DNA of 64,000 nt from Auanema rhodensis (taxonomy: Eukaryota; Animalia; Nematoda): assembly GCA_964057225.1 (NCBI GenBank), contig OZ059899.1, positions 3,162,001-3,226,000 on the forward strand. The letters run 5' to 3'. The position numbers and the translations under genes were made by a program. Below, piece by piece: positions 31,001 through 46,000 of this stretch. The notes under the pieces are model-generated. The model was given only the letters and a program-made list of their open reading frames with translations. It was not told the DNA's origin and did not search any database. Numbering within the stretch: the first letter of the stretch is position 1; each line of letters starts with the position of its first letter.

Positions 31001-34000
31001 TTAAGCGTTTCTCAATGTAGTATAGTGCATTCGATGCGGATTTTTAAGCTGCGTCGATCTGTGTTATCAAATTTGCGCTAGCTTAAAAATGCACCGAGAT
31101 ATCAACTGATATAAGTTCACACTTATATCCTCGATTTTCACCCTGAAGAAATAATTTTTTCGTTGAATAACATTGTCCATCGTCTTTGCCTTGAAAAAAG
31201 GAATCTAAAAACATCTACTTTTTGCTAAATTATTTTGAAATTTTTCGAAAAAATTTTTGTCAAAATGTTTTTGGAAGCAATGTTGAGTGTACATGGAAAC
31301 TCAACATACACTAATGCATCATTTTTCAAACGATCATAACTAATTTTTGTATTAAGCGTTTCTCAATGTAGTATAGTGCATTCGATGCGGATTTTTACGC
31401 TGCGTCGATCTGTGTTATCAGATTTGCGCTAGCTTAAAAATGCACCGAGATATCAACTGATATAAGTTCACACTTATATCCTCGATTTTCACCCTGAAGA
31501 ATTAATTTTTTCGTTGAATAACATTGTCCATCGTCTTTGCCTTGAAAAATGGAATCTTAAAACATCTACTTTTTGCTAAATTATTTTGAAATTTTTCGAA
31601 AAAATTTTTGTCAAAATGTTTTTGGAAGCAATGTTGAGTGTACATGGAAACTCAACATACACTAATGCATCATTTTTCAAACGATCATAACTAATTTTTG
31701 TATTAAGCGTTTCTCAATGTAGTATAGTGCATTCGATGCGGATTTTTAAGCTGCGTCGATCTGTGTTATCAAATTTGCGCTAGCTTAAAAATGCACCGAG
31801 ATATCAACTAATATAAGTTCACACTTATATCCTCGATTTTCACCCTGAAGAATTAATTTTTTCGTTGAATAACATTGTCCATCGTCTTTGCCTTGGAAAA
31901 AGGAATCTAAAAACATCTACTTTTTGCTAAATTATTTTGAAATTTTTCGAAAAAATTTTTGTCAAAATGTTTTTGGAAGCAATGTTGAGTGTACATGGAA
32001 ACTCAACATACACTAATGCATCATTTTTCAAACGATCATAACTAATTTTTGTATCAAGCGTTTTTCAATGTAGTATAGTGCATTCGATGCGGATTTTTAA
32101 GCTGCGTCGATCTGTGTTATCAGATTTGCGCTAGCTTAAAAATGCACCGAGATATCAACTGATATAAGTTCACACTTATATCCTCGATTTTCACCCTGAA
32201 GAATTAATTTTTTCGTTGAATAACATTGTCTATCGTCTTTGCTTTGAGAAATGGAATCTAAAAACATCTACTTTTTGCTAAATTATTTTGAAATTTTTTG
32301 AAAAAATTTTTGTCAAAATGTTTTTGGAAGCAATGTTGAGTGTACATGGAAACTCAACATACACTAATGCATCATTTTTCAAAAGATCATAACTAATTTT
32401 TGTATCAAGCGTTTTTCAATGTAGTATAGTGCATTCGATGCGGATTTTTAAGCTGCGTCGATCTGTGTTATCAGATTTGCGCTAGCTTAAAAATGCACCG
32501 AGATATCAACTGATATAAGTTCACACTTATATCCTCGATTTTCACCCTGAAGAATTAATTTTTTCGTTGAATAACATTGTCTATCGTCTTTGCCTTGAGA
32601 AATGGAATCTAAAAACATCTACTTTTTGCTAAATTATTTTGAAATTTTTCGAAAAAATTTTTGTCAAAATGTTTTTGGAAGCAATGTTGAGTGTACATGG
32701 AAACTCAACATACACTAATGCATCATTTTTCAAAAGATCATAACTAATTTTTGTATCAAGCGTTTTTCAATGTAGTATAGTGCATTCGATGCGGATTTTT
32801 ACGCTGCGTCGATCTGTGTTATCAGATTTGCGCTAGCTTAAAAATGCACCGATATATCAACTGATATAAGTTCACACTTATATCCTCGATTTTCACCCTG
32901 AAGAAATAATTTTTTCGTTGAATAACATTGTCCATCGTCTTTGCCTTGAAAAAAGGAATCTAAAAACATCTACTTTTTGCTAAATTATTTTGAAATTTTT
33001 CGAAAAAATTTTCGTCAAAATGTTTTTGGAAGCAATGTTGAGTGTACATGGAAACTCAACATACACTAATGCATCATTTTTCAAACGATCATAACTAATT
33101 TTTGTATCAAGCGTTTTTCAATGTAGTATAGTGCATTCGATGCGGATTTTTAAGCTGCGTCGATCTGTGTTATCAGATTTGCGCTAGCTTAAAAATGCAC
33201 CGAGATATCAACTGATATAAGTTCACACTTATATCCTCGATTTTCACCCTGAAGAAATAATTTTTTCGTTGAATAACATTGTCCATCGTCTTTGCCTTGA
33301 AAAAAGGAATCTAAAAACATCTACTTTTTGCTAAATTATTTTGAAATTTTTCGAAAAAATTTTTGTCAAAATGTTTTTGGAAGCAATGTTGAGTGTACAT
33401 GGAAACTCAACATACACTAATGCATCATTTTTCAAACGATCATAACTAATTTTTGTATCAAGCGTTTTTCAATGTAGTATAGTGCATTCGATGCGGATTT
33501 TTAAGCTGCGTCGATCTGTGTTATCAGATTTGCGCTAGCTTAAAAATGCACCGAGATATCAACTGATATAAGTTCACACTTATATCCTCGATTTTCACCC
33601 TGAAGAATTAATTTTTTCGTTGAATAACATTGTCTATCGTCTTTGCCTTGAGAAATGGAATCTAAAAACATCTACTTTTTGCTAAATTATTTTGAAATTT
33701 TTCGAAAAAATTTTTGTCAAAATGTTTTTGGAAGCAATGTTGAGTGTACATGGAAACTCAACATACACTAATGCATCATTTTTCAAAAGATCATAACTAA
33801 TTTTTGTATCAAGCGTTTTTCAATGTAGTATAGTGCATTCGATGCGGATTTTTACGCTGCGTCGATCTGTGTTATCAGATTTGCGCTAGCTTAAAAATGC
33901 ACCGATATATCAACTGATATAAGTTCACACTTATATCCTCGATTTTCACCCTGAAGAAATAATTTTTTCGTTGAATAACATTGTCCATCGTCTTTGCCTT

Positions 34001-37000
34001 GAAAAAAGGAATCTAAAAACATCTACTTTTTGCTAAATTATTTTGAAATTTTTCGAAAAAATTTTTGTCAAAATGTTTTTGGAAGCAATGTTGAGTGTAC
34101 ATGGAAACTCAACATACACTAATGCATCATTTTTCAAACGATCATAACTAATTTTTGTATCAAGCGTTTTTCAATGTAGTATAGTGCATTCGATGCGGAT
34201 TTTTAAGCTGCGTCGATCTGTGTTATCAGATTTGCGCTAGCTTAAAAATGCACCGAGATATCAACTGATATAAGTTCACACTTATATCCTCGATTTTCAC
34301 CCTGAAGAAATAATTTTTTCGTTGAATAACATTGTCCATCGTCTTTGCCTTGAAAAAAGGAATCTAAAAACATCTACTTTTTGCTAAATTATTTTGAAAT
34401 TTTTCGAAAAAATTTTTGTCAAAATGTTTTTGGAAGCAATGTTGAGTGTACATGGAAACTCAACATACACTAATGCATCATTTTTCAAAAGATCATAACT
34501 AATTTTTGTATCAAGCGTTTTTCAATGTAGTATAGTGCATTCGATGCGGATTTTTACGCTGCGTCGATCTGTGTTATCAGATTTGCGCTAGCTTAAAAAT
34601 GCACCGAGATATCAACTGATATAAGTTCACACTTATATCCTCGATTTTCACCCTGAAGAAATAATTTTTTCGTTGAATAACATTGTCCATCGTCTTTGCC
34701 TTGAAAAAAGGAATCTAAAAACATCTACTTTTTGCTAAATTATTTTGAAATTTTTCGAAAAAATTTTTGTCAAAATGTTTTTGGAAGCAATGTTGAGTGT
34801 ACATGGAAACTCAACATACACTAATGCATCATTTTTCAAACGATCATAACTAATTTTTGTATCAAGCGTTTTTCAATGTAGTATAGTGCATTCGATGCGG
34901 ATTTTTAAGCTGCGTCGATCTGTGTAAGCAGATTTGCGCTAGCTTAAAAATGCACCGAGATATCAACTGATATAAGTTCACACTTATATCCTCGATTTTC
35001 ACCCTGAAGAATTAATTTTTTCGTTGAATAACATTGTCTATCGTCTTTGCCTTGAGAAATGGAATCTAAAAACATCTACTTTTTGCTAAATTATTTTGAA
35101 ATTTTTCGAAAAAATTTTTGTCAAAATGTTTTTGGAAGCAATGTTGAGTGTACATGGAAACTCAACATACACTAATGCATCATTTTTCAAAAGATCATAA
35201 CTAATTTTTGTATCAAGCGTTTTTCAATGTAGTATAGTGCATTCGATCTGGATTTTTAAGCTGCGTCGATCTGTGTTATCAGATTTGCGCTAGCTTAAAA
35301 ATGCACCGAGATATCAACTGATATAAGTTCACACTTATATCCTCGATTTTCACCCTGAAGAAATAATTTTTTCGTTGAATAACATTGTCCATCGTCTTTG
35401 CCTTGAAAAAAGGAATCTAAAAACATCTACTTTTTGCTAAATTATTTTGAAATTTTTCGAAAAAATTTTTGTCAAAATGTTTTTGGAAGCAATGTTGAGT
35501 GTACATGGAAACTCAACATACACTAATGCATCATTTTTCAAACAATCATAACTAATTTTTGTATCAAGCGTTTTTCAATGTAGTATAGTGCATTCGATCC
35601 GGATTTTTAAGCTGCGTCGATCTGTGTTATCAGATTTGCGCTAGCTTAAAAATGCACCGAGATATCAACTGATATAAGTTCACACTTATATCCTCGATTT
35701 TCACCCTGAAGAAATAATTTTTTCGTTGAATAACATTGTCCATCGTCTTTGCCTTGAAAAAGGAATCTAAAAACATCTACTTTTTGCTAAATTATTTTGA
35801 ACTTTTTCGAAAAAATTTTTGTCAAAATGTTTTTGGAAGCAATGTTGAGTGTACATGGAAACTCAACATACACTAATGCATCATTTTTCAAACGATCATA
35901 ACTAATTTTTGTATCAAGCGTTTTTCAATGTAGTATAGTGCATTCGATGCGGATTTTTAAGCTGCGTCGATCTGTGTTATCAGATTTGCGCTAGCTTAAA
36001 AATGCACCGAGATATCAACTGATATAAGTTCACACTTATATTCTCGATTTTCACCCTGAAGAATTAATTTTTTCGTTGAATAACATTGTCTATCGTCTTT
36101 GCCTTGAGAAATGGAATCTAAAAACATCTACTTTTTGCTAAATTATTTTGAAATTTTTCGAAAAAATTTTTGTCAAAATGTTTTTGGAAGCAATGTTGAG
36201 TGTACATGGAAACTCAACATACACTAATGCATCATTTTTCAAACGATCATAACTAATTTTTGTATTAAGCGTTTCTCAATGTAGTATAGTGCATTCGATG
36301 CGGATTTTTAAGCTGCGTCGATCTGTGTTATCAGATTTGCGCTAGCTTAAAAATGCACCGAGATATCAACTGATATAAGTTCACACTTATATCCTCGATT
36401 TTCACCCTGAAGAATTAATTTTTTCGTTGAATAACATTGTCCATCGTCTTTGCCTTGAAAAATGGAATCTAAAAACATCTACTTTTTGCTAAATTATTCT
36501 GAAATTTTTCGAAAAAATTTTTGTCAAAATGTTTTTGGAAGCAATGTTGAGTGTACATGGAAACTCAACATACACTAATGCATCATTTTTCAAACGATCA
36601 TAACTAATTTTTGTATTAAGCGTTTCTCAATGTAGTATAGTGCATTCGATGCGGATTTTTAAGCTGCGTCGATCTGTGTTATCAGATTTGCGCTAGCTTA
36701 GAAATGCACCGAGATATCAACTGATATAAGTTCACACTTATATCCTCGATTTTCACCCTGAAGAATTAATTTTTTCGTTGAATAACATTGTCCATCGTCT
36801 TTGCCTTGAAAAATGGAATCTTAAAACATCTACTTTTTGCTAAATTATTTTGAAATTTTTCGAAAAAATTTTTGTCAAAATGTTTTTGGAAGCAATGTTG
36901 AGTGTACATGGAAACTCAACATACACTAATGCATCATTTTTCAAACGATCATAACTAATTTTTGTATTAAGCGTTTCTCAATGTAGTATAGTGCATTCGA

Positions 37001-40000
37001 TGCGGATTTTTAAGCTGCGTCGATCTGTGTTATCAGATTTGCGCTAGCTTAAAAATGCACCGAGATATCAACTGATATAAGTTCACACTTATATCCTCGA
37101 TTTTCACCCTGAAGAAATAATTTTTTCGTTGAATAACATTGTCCATCGTCTTTGCCTTGAAAAAAGGAATCTAAAAACATCTACTTTTTGCTAAATTATT
37201 TTGAAATTTTTCGAAAAAATTTTTGTCAAAATGTTTTTGGAAGCAATGTTGAGTGTACATGGAAACTCAACATACACTAATGCATCATTTTTCAAAAGAT
37301 CATAACTAATTTTTGTATCAAGCGTTTTTCAATGTAGTATAGTGCATTCGATGCGGATTTTTAAGCTGCGTCGATCTGTGTTATCAGATTTGCGCTAGCT
37401 TAAAAATGCACCGAGATATCAACTGATATAAGTTCACACTTATATCCTCGATTTTCACCCTGAAGAAATAATTTTTTCGTTGAATAACATTGTCCATCGT
37501 CTTTGCCTTGAAAAAAGGAATCTAAAAACATCTACTTTTTGCTAAATTATTTTGAAATTTTTCGAAAAAATTTTTGTCAAAATGTTTTTGGAAGCAATGT
37601 TGAGTGTACATGGAAACTCAACATACACTAATGCATCATTTTTCAAAAGATAATAACTAATTTTTGTATCAAGCGTTTCTCAATGTAGTATAGTGCATTC
37701 GATGCGGATTTTTACGCTGCGTCGATCTGTGTTATCAGATTTGCGCTAGCTTAAAAATGCACCGAGATATCAACTGATATAAGTTCACACTTATATCCTC
37801 GATTTTCACCCTGAAGAAATAATTTTTTCGTTGAATAACATTGTCCATCGTCTTTGCCTTGAAAAAAGGAATCTAAAAACATCTACTTTTTGCTAAATTA
37901 TTTTGAAATTTTTCGAAAAAATTTTTGTCAAAATGTTTTTGGAAGCAATGTTGAGTGTACATGGAAACTCAACATACACTAATGCATCATTTTTCAAACG
38001 ATCATAACTAATTTTTGTATCAAGCGTTTTTCAATGTAGTATAGTGCATTCGATGCGGATTTTTAAGCTGCGTCGATCTGTGTTATCAGATTTGCGCTAG
38101 CTTAAAAATGCACCGAGATATCAACTGATATAAGTTCACACTTATATCCTCGATTTTCACCCTGAAGAATTAATTTTTTCGTTGAATAACATTGTCTATC
38201 GTCTTTGCCTTGAGAAATGGAATCTAAAAACATCTACTTTTTGCTAAATTATTTTGAAATTTTTCGAAAAAATTTTTGTCAAAATGTTTTTGGAAGCAAT
38301 GTTGAGTGTACATGGAAACTCAACATACACTAATGCATCATTTTTCAAACGATCATAACTAATTTTTGTATTAAGCGTTTCTCAATGTAGTATAGTGCAT
38401 TCGATGCGGATTTTTAAGCTGCGTCGATCTGTGTTATCAGATTTGCGCTAGCTTAAAAATGCACCGAGATATCAACTGATATAAGTTCACACTTATATCC
38501 TCGATTTTCACCCTGAAGAATTAATTTTTTCGTTGAATAACATTGTCCATCGTCTTTGCCTTGAAAAATGGAATCTAAAAACATCTACTTTTTGCTAAAT
38601 TATTCTGAAATTTTTCGAAAAAATTTTTGTCAAAATGTTTTTGGAAGCAATGTTGAGTGTACATGGAAACTCAACATACACTAATGCATCATTTTTCAAA
38701 CGATCATAACTAATTTTTGTATTAAGCGTTTCTCAATGTAGTATAGTGCATTCGATGCGGATTTTTAAGCTGCGTCGATCTGTGTTATCAGATTTGCGCT
38801 AGCTTAGAAATGCACCGAGATATCAACTGATATAAGTTCACACTTATATCCTCGATTTTCACCCTGAAGAATTAATTTTTTCGTTGAATAACATTGTCCA
38901 TCGTCTTTGCCTTGAAAAATGGAATCTTAAAACATCTACTTTTTGCTAAATTATTTTGAAATTTTTCGAAAAAATTTTTGTCAAAATGTTTTTGGAAGCA
39001 ATGTTGAGTGTACATGGAAACTCAACATACACTAATGCATCATTTTTCAAACGATCATAACTAATTTTTGTATTAAGCGTTTCTCAATGTAGTATAGTGC
39101 ATTCGATACGGATTTTTAAGCTGCGTCGATCTGTGTTATCAGATTTGCGCTAGCTTAAAAATGCACCGAGATATCAACTGATATAAGTTCACACTTATAT
39201 CCTCGATTTTCACCCTGAAGAAATAATTTTTTCGTTGAATAACATTGTCCATCGTCTTTGCCTTGAAAAAAGGAATCTAAAAACATCTACTTTTTGCTAA
39301 ATTATTTTGAAATTTTTCGAAAAAATTTTTGTCAAAATGTTTTTGGAAGCAATGTTGAGTGTACATGGAAACTCAACATACACTAATGCATCATTTTTCA
39401 AACGATCATAACTAATTTTTGTATCAAGCGTTTTTCAATGTAGTATAGTGCATTCGATGCGGATTTTTAAGCTGCGTCGATCTGTGTTATCAGATTTGCG
39501 CTAGCTTAAAAATGCACCGAGATATCAACTGATATAAGTTCACACTTATATCCTCGATTTTCACCCTGAAGAAATAATTTTTTCGTTGAATAACATTGTC
39601 CATCGTCTTTGCCTTGAAAAAAGGAATCTAAAAACATCTACTTTTTGCTAAATTATTTTGAAATTTTTCGAAAAAATTTTTGTCAAAATGTTTTTGGAAG
39701 CAATGTTGAGTGTACATGGAAACTCAACATACACTAATGCATCATTTTTCAAACGATCATAACTAATTTTTGTATCAAGCGTTTTTCAATGTAGTATAGT
39801 GCATTCGATGCGGATTTTTAAGCTGCGTCGATCTGTGTTATCAGATTTGCGCTAGCTTAAAAATGCACCGAGATATCAACTGATATAAGTTCACACTTAT
39901 ATCCTCGATTTTCACCCTGAAGAATTAATTTTTTCGTTGAATAACATTGTCTATCGTCTTTGCTTTGAGAAATGGAATCTAAAAACATCTACTTTTTGCT

Positions 40001-43000
40001 AAATTATTTTGAAATTTTTTGAAAAAATTTTTGTCAAAATGTTTTTGGAAGCAATGTTGAGTGTACATGGAAACTCAACATACACTAATGCATCATTTTT
40101 CAAAAGATCATAACTAATTTTTGTATCAAGCGTTTTTCAATGTAGTATAGTGCATTCGATGCGGATTTTTAAGCTGCGTCGATCTGTGTTATCAGATTTG
40201 CGCTAGCTTAAAAATGCACCGAGATATCAACTGATATAAGTTCACACTTATATCCTCGATTTTCACCCTGAAGAATTAATTTTTTCGTTGAATAACATTG
40301 TCTATCGTCTTTGCCTTGAGAAATGGAATCTAAAAACATCTACTTTTTGCTAAATTATTTTGAAATTTTTCGAAAAAATTTTTGTCAAAATGTTTTTGGA
40401 AGCAATGTTGAGTGTACATGGAAACTCAACATACACTAATGCATCATTTTTCAAAAGATCATAACTAATTTTTGTATCAAGCGTTTTTCAATGTAGTATA
40501 GTGCATTCGATGCGGATTTTTAAGCTGCGTCGATCTGTGTTATCAGATTTGCGCTAGCTTAAAAATGCACCGAGATATCAACTGATATAAGTTCACACTT
40601 ATATCCTCGATTTTCACCCTGAAGAATTAATTTTTTCGTTGAATAACATTGTCTATCGTCTTTGCCTTGAGAAATGGAATCTAAAAACATCTACTTTTTG
40701 CTAAATTATTTTGAAATTTTTCGAAAAAATTTTTGTCAAAATGTTTTTGGAAGCAATGTTGAGTGTACATGGAAACTCAACATACACTAATGCATCATTT
40801 TTCAAAAGATCATAACTAATTTTTGTATCAAGCGTTTTTCAATGTAGTATAGTGCATTCGATGCGGATTTTTACGCTGCGTCGATCTGTGTTATCAGATT
40901 TGCGCTAGCTTAAAAATGCACCGAGATATCAACCGATATAAGTTCACACTTATATCCTCGATTTTCACCCTGAAGAATTAATTTTTTCGTTGAATAACAT
41001 TGTCTATCGTCTTTGCCTTGAGAAATGGAATCTAAAAACATCTACTTTTTGCTAAATTATTTTGAAATTTTTCGAAAAAATTTTTGTCAAAATGTTTTTG
41101 GAAGCAATGTTGAGTGTACATGGAAACTCAACATACACTAATGCATCATTTTTCAAAAGATCATAACTAATTTTTGTATCAAGCGTTTTTCAATGTAGTA
41201 TAGTGCATTCGATGCGGATTTTTACGCTGCGTCGATCTGTGTTATCAGATTTGCGCTAGCTTAAAAATGCACCGAGATATCAACCGATATAAGTTCACAC
41301 TTATATCCTCGATTTTCACCCTGAAGAATTAATTTTTTCGTTGAATAACATTGTCTATCGTCTTTGCCTTGAGAAATGGAATCTAAAAACATCTACTTTT
41401 TGCTAAATTATTTTGAAATTTTTCGAAAAAATTTTTGTCAAAATGTTTTTGGAAGCAATGTTGAGTGTACATGGAAACTCAACATACACTAATGCATCAT
41501 TTTTCAAAAGATCATAACTAATTTTTGTATCAAGCGTTTTTCAATGTAGTATAGTGCATTCGATGCGGATTTTTACGCTGCGTCGATCTGTGTTATCAGA
41601 TTTGCGCTAGCTTAAAAATGCACCGAGATATCAACCGATATAAGTTCACACTTATATCCTCGATTTTCACCCTGAAGAATTAATTTTTTCGTTGAATAAC
41701 ATTGTCTATCGTCTTTGCCTTGAGAAATGGAATCTAAAAACATCTACTTTTTGCTAAATTATTTTGAAATTTTTCGAAAAAATTTTTGTCAAAATGTTTT
41801 TGGAAGCAATGTTGAGTGTACATGGAAACTCAACATACACTAATGCATCATTTTTCAAAAGATCATAACTAATTTTTGTATCAAGCGTTTTTCAATGTAG
41901 TATAGTGCATTCGATGCGGATTTTTAAGCTGCGTCGATCTGTGTTATCAGATTTGCGCTAGCTTAAAAATGCACCGAGATATCAACTGATATAAGTTCAC
42001 ACTTATATCCTCGATTTTCACCCTGAAGAATTAATTTTTTCGTTGAATAACATTGTCTATCGTCTTTGCCTTGAGAAATGGAATCTAAAAACATCTACTT
42101 TTTGCTAAATTATTTTGAAATTTTTCGAAAAAATTTTTGTCAAAATGTTTTTGGAAGCAATGTTGAGTGTACATGGAAACTCAACATACACTAATGCATC
42201 ATTTTTCAAACGATCATAACTAATTTTTGTATTAAGCGTTTCTCAATGTAGTATAGTGCATTCGATGCGGATTTTTAAGCTGCGTCGATCTGTGTTATCA
42301 GATTTGCGCTAGCTTAAAAATGCACCGAGATATCAACTGATATAAGTTCACACTTATATCCTCGATTTTCACCCTGAAGAATTAATTTTTTTCGTTGAAT
42401 AACACTGTCCATCGTCTTTGCCTTGAAAAATGGAATCTAAAAACATCTACTTTTTGCTAAATTATTTTGAAATTTTTCGAAAAAATTTTTGTCAAAATGT
42501 TTTTGGAAGCAATGTTGAGTGTACATGGAAACTCAACATACACTAATGCATCATTTTTCAAACGATCATAACTAATTTTTGTATCAAGTGTTTCTCAATG
42601 TAGTATAGTGCATTCGATGCGGATTTTTAAGCTGCGTCGATCTGTGTTATCAGATTTGCGCTAGCTTAAAAATGCACCGAGATATCAACTGATATAAGTT
42701 CACACTTATATCCTCGATTTTCACCCTGAAGAAATAATTTTTTCGTTGAATAACATTGTCCATCGTCTTTGCCTTGAAAAAAGGAATCTAAAAACATCTA
42801 CTTTTTGCTAAATTATTTTGAAATTTTTCGAAAAAATTTTTGTCAAAATGTTTTTGGAAGCAATGTTGAGTGTACATGGAAACTCAACATACACTAATGC
42901 ATCATTTTTCAAACGATCATAACTAATTTTTGTATCAAGTGTTTCTCAATGTAGTATAGTGCATTCGATGCGGATTTTTAAGCTGCGTCGATCTGTGTTA

Positions 43001-46000
43001 TCAGATTTGCGCTAGCTTAAAAATGCACCGAGATATCAACTGATATAAGTTCACACTTATATCCTCGATTTTCACCCTGAAGAAATAATTTTTTCGTTGA
43101 ATAACATTGTCCATCGTCTTTGCCTTGAAAAAAGGAATCTAAAAACATCTACTTTTTGCTAAATTATTTTGAAATTTTTCGAAAAAATTTTTGTCAAAAT
43201 GTTTTTGGAAGCAATGTTGAGTGTACATGGAAACTCAACATACACTAATGCATCATTTTTCAAACGATCATAACTAATTTTTGTATCAAGCGTTTTTCAA
43301 TGTAGTATAGTGCATTCGATGCGGATTTTTAAGCTGCGTCGATCTGTGTTATCAGATTTGCGCTAGCTTAAAAATGCACCGAGATATCAACTGATATAAG
43401 TTCACACTTATATCCTCGATTTTCACCCTGAAGAATTAATTTTTTCGTTGAATAACTTTGTCTATCGTCTTTGCCTTGAGAAATGGAATCTAAAAACATC
43501 TACTTTTTGCTAAATTATTTTGAAATTTTTCGAAAAAATTTTTGTCAAAATGTTTTTGGAAGCAATGTTGAGTGTACATGGAAACTCAACATACAGTAAT
43601 GCATCATTTTTCAAACGATCATAACTAATTTTTGTATTAAGCGTTTCTCAATGTAGTATAGTGCATTCGATGCGGATTTTTAAGCTGCGTCGATCTGTGT
43701 TATCAGATTTGCGCTAGCTTAAAAATGCACCGAGATATCAACCGATATAAGTTCACACTTATATCCTCGATTTTCACCCTGAAGAATTAATTTTTTCGTT
43801 GAATAACATTGTCTATCGTCTTTGCCTTGAGAAATGGAATCTAAAAACATCTACTTTTTGCTAAATTATTTTGAAATTTTTCGAAAAAATTTTTGTCAAA
43901 ATGTTTTTGGAAGCAATGTTGAGTGTACATGGAAACTCAACATACACTAATGCATCATTTTTCAAAAGATCATAACTAATTTTTGTATCAAGCGTTTTTC
44001 AATGTAGTATAGTGCATTCGATGCGGATTTTTACGCTGCGTCGATCTGTGTTATCAGATTTGCGCTAGCTTAAAAATGCACCGAGATATCAACCGATATA
44101 AGTTCACACTTATATCCTCGATTTTCACCCTGAAGAATTAATTTTTTCGTTGAATAACATTGTCTATCGTCTTTGCCTTGAGAAATGGAATCTAAAAACA
44201 TCTACTTTTTGCTAAATTATTTTGAAATTTTTCGAAAAAATTTTTGTCAAAATGTTTTTGGAAGCAATGTTGAGTGTACATGGAAACTCAACATACACTA
44301 ATGCATCATTTTTCAAAAGATCATAACTAATTTTTGTATCAAGCGTTTTTCAATGTAGTATAGTGCATTCGATGCGGATTTTTAAGCTGCGTCGATCTGT
44401 GTTATCAGATTTGCGCTAGCTTAAAAATGCACCGAGATATCAACTGATATAAGTTCACACTTATATCCTCGATTTTCACCCTGAAGAATTAATTTTTTCG
44501 TTGAATAACATTGTCTATCGTCTTTGCCTTGAGAAATGGAATCTAAAAACATCTACTTTTTGCTAAATTATTTTGAAATTTTTCGAAAAAATTTTTGTCA
44601 AAATGTTTTTGGAAGCAATGTTGAGTGTACATGGAAACTCAACATACACTAATGCATCATTTTTCAAACGATCATAACTAATTTTTGTATTAAGCGTTTC
44701 TCAATGTAGTATAGTGCATTCGATGCGGATTTTTAAGCTGCGTCGATCTGTGTTATCAGATTTGCGCTAGCTTAAAAATGCACCGAGATATCAACTGATA
44801 TAAGTTCACACTTATATCCTCGATTTTCACCCTGAAGAATTAATTTTTTCGTTGAATAACACTGTCCATCGTCTTTGCCTTGAAAAATGGAATCTAAAAA
44901 CATCTACTTTTTGCTAAATTATTTTGAAATTTTTCGAAAAAATTTTTGTCAAAATGTTTTTGGAAGCAATGTTGAGTGTACATGGAAACTCAACATACAC
45001 TAATGCATCATTTTTCAAACGATCATAACTAATTTTTGTATCAAGTGTTTCTCAATGTAGTATAGTGCATTCGATGCGGATTTTTAAGCTGCGTCGATCT
45101 GTGTTATCAGATTTGCGCTAGCTTAAAAATGCACCGAGATATCAACTGATATAAGTTCACACTTATATCCTCGATTTTCACCCTGAAGAAATAATTTTTT
45201 CGTTGAATAACATTGTCCATCGTCTTTGCCTTGAAAAAAGGAATCTAAAAACATCTACTTTTTGCTAAATTATTTTGAAATTTTTCGAAAAAATTTTTGT
45301 CAAAATGTTTTTGGAAGCAATGTTGAGTGTACATGGAAACTCAACATACACTAATGCATCATTTTTCAAACGATCATAACTAATTTTTGTATCAAGTGTT
45401 TCTCAATGTAGTATAGTGCATTCGATGCGGATTTTTAAGCTGCGTCGATCTGTGTTATCAGATTTGCGCTAGCTTAAAAATGCACCGAGATATCAACTGA
45501 TATAAGTTCACACTTATATCCTCGATTTTCACCCTGAAGAAATAATTTTTTCGTTGAATAACATTGTCCATCGTCTTTGCCTTGAAAAAAGGAATCTAAA
45601 AACATCTACTTTTTGCTAAATTATTTTGAAATTTTTCGAAAAAATTTTTGTCAAAATGTTTTTGGAAGCAATGTTGAGTGTACATGGAAACTCAACATAC
45701 ACTAATGCATCATTTTTCAAACGATCATAACTAATTTTTGTATCAAGCGTTTTTCAATGTAGTATAGTGCATTCGATGCGGATTTTTAAGCTGCGTCGAT
45801 CTGTGTTATCAGATTTGCGCTAGCTTAAAAATGCACCGAGATATCAACTGATATAAGTTCACACTTATATCCTCGATTTTCACCCTGAAGAATTAATTTT
45901 TTCGTTGAATAACTTTGTCTATCGTCTTTGCCTTGAGAAATGGAATCTAAAAACATCTACTTTTTGCTAAATTATTTTGAAATTTTTCGAAAAAATTTTT

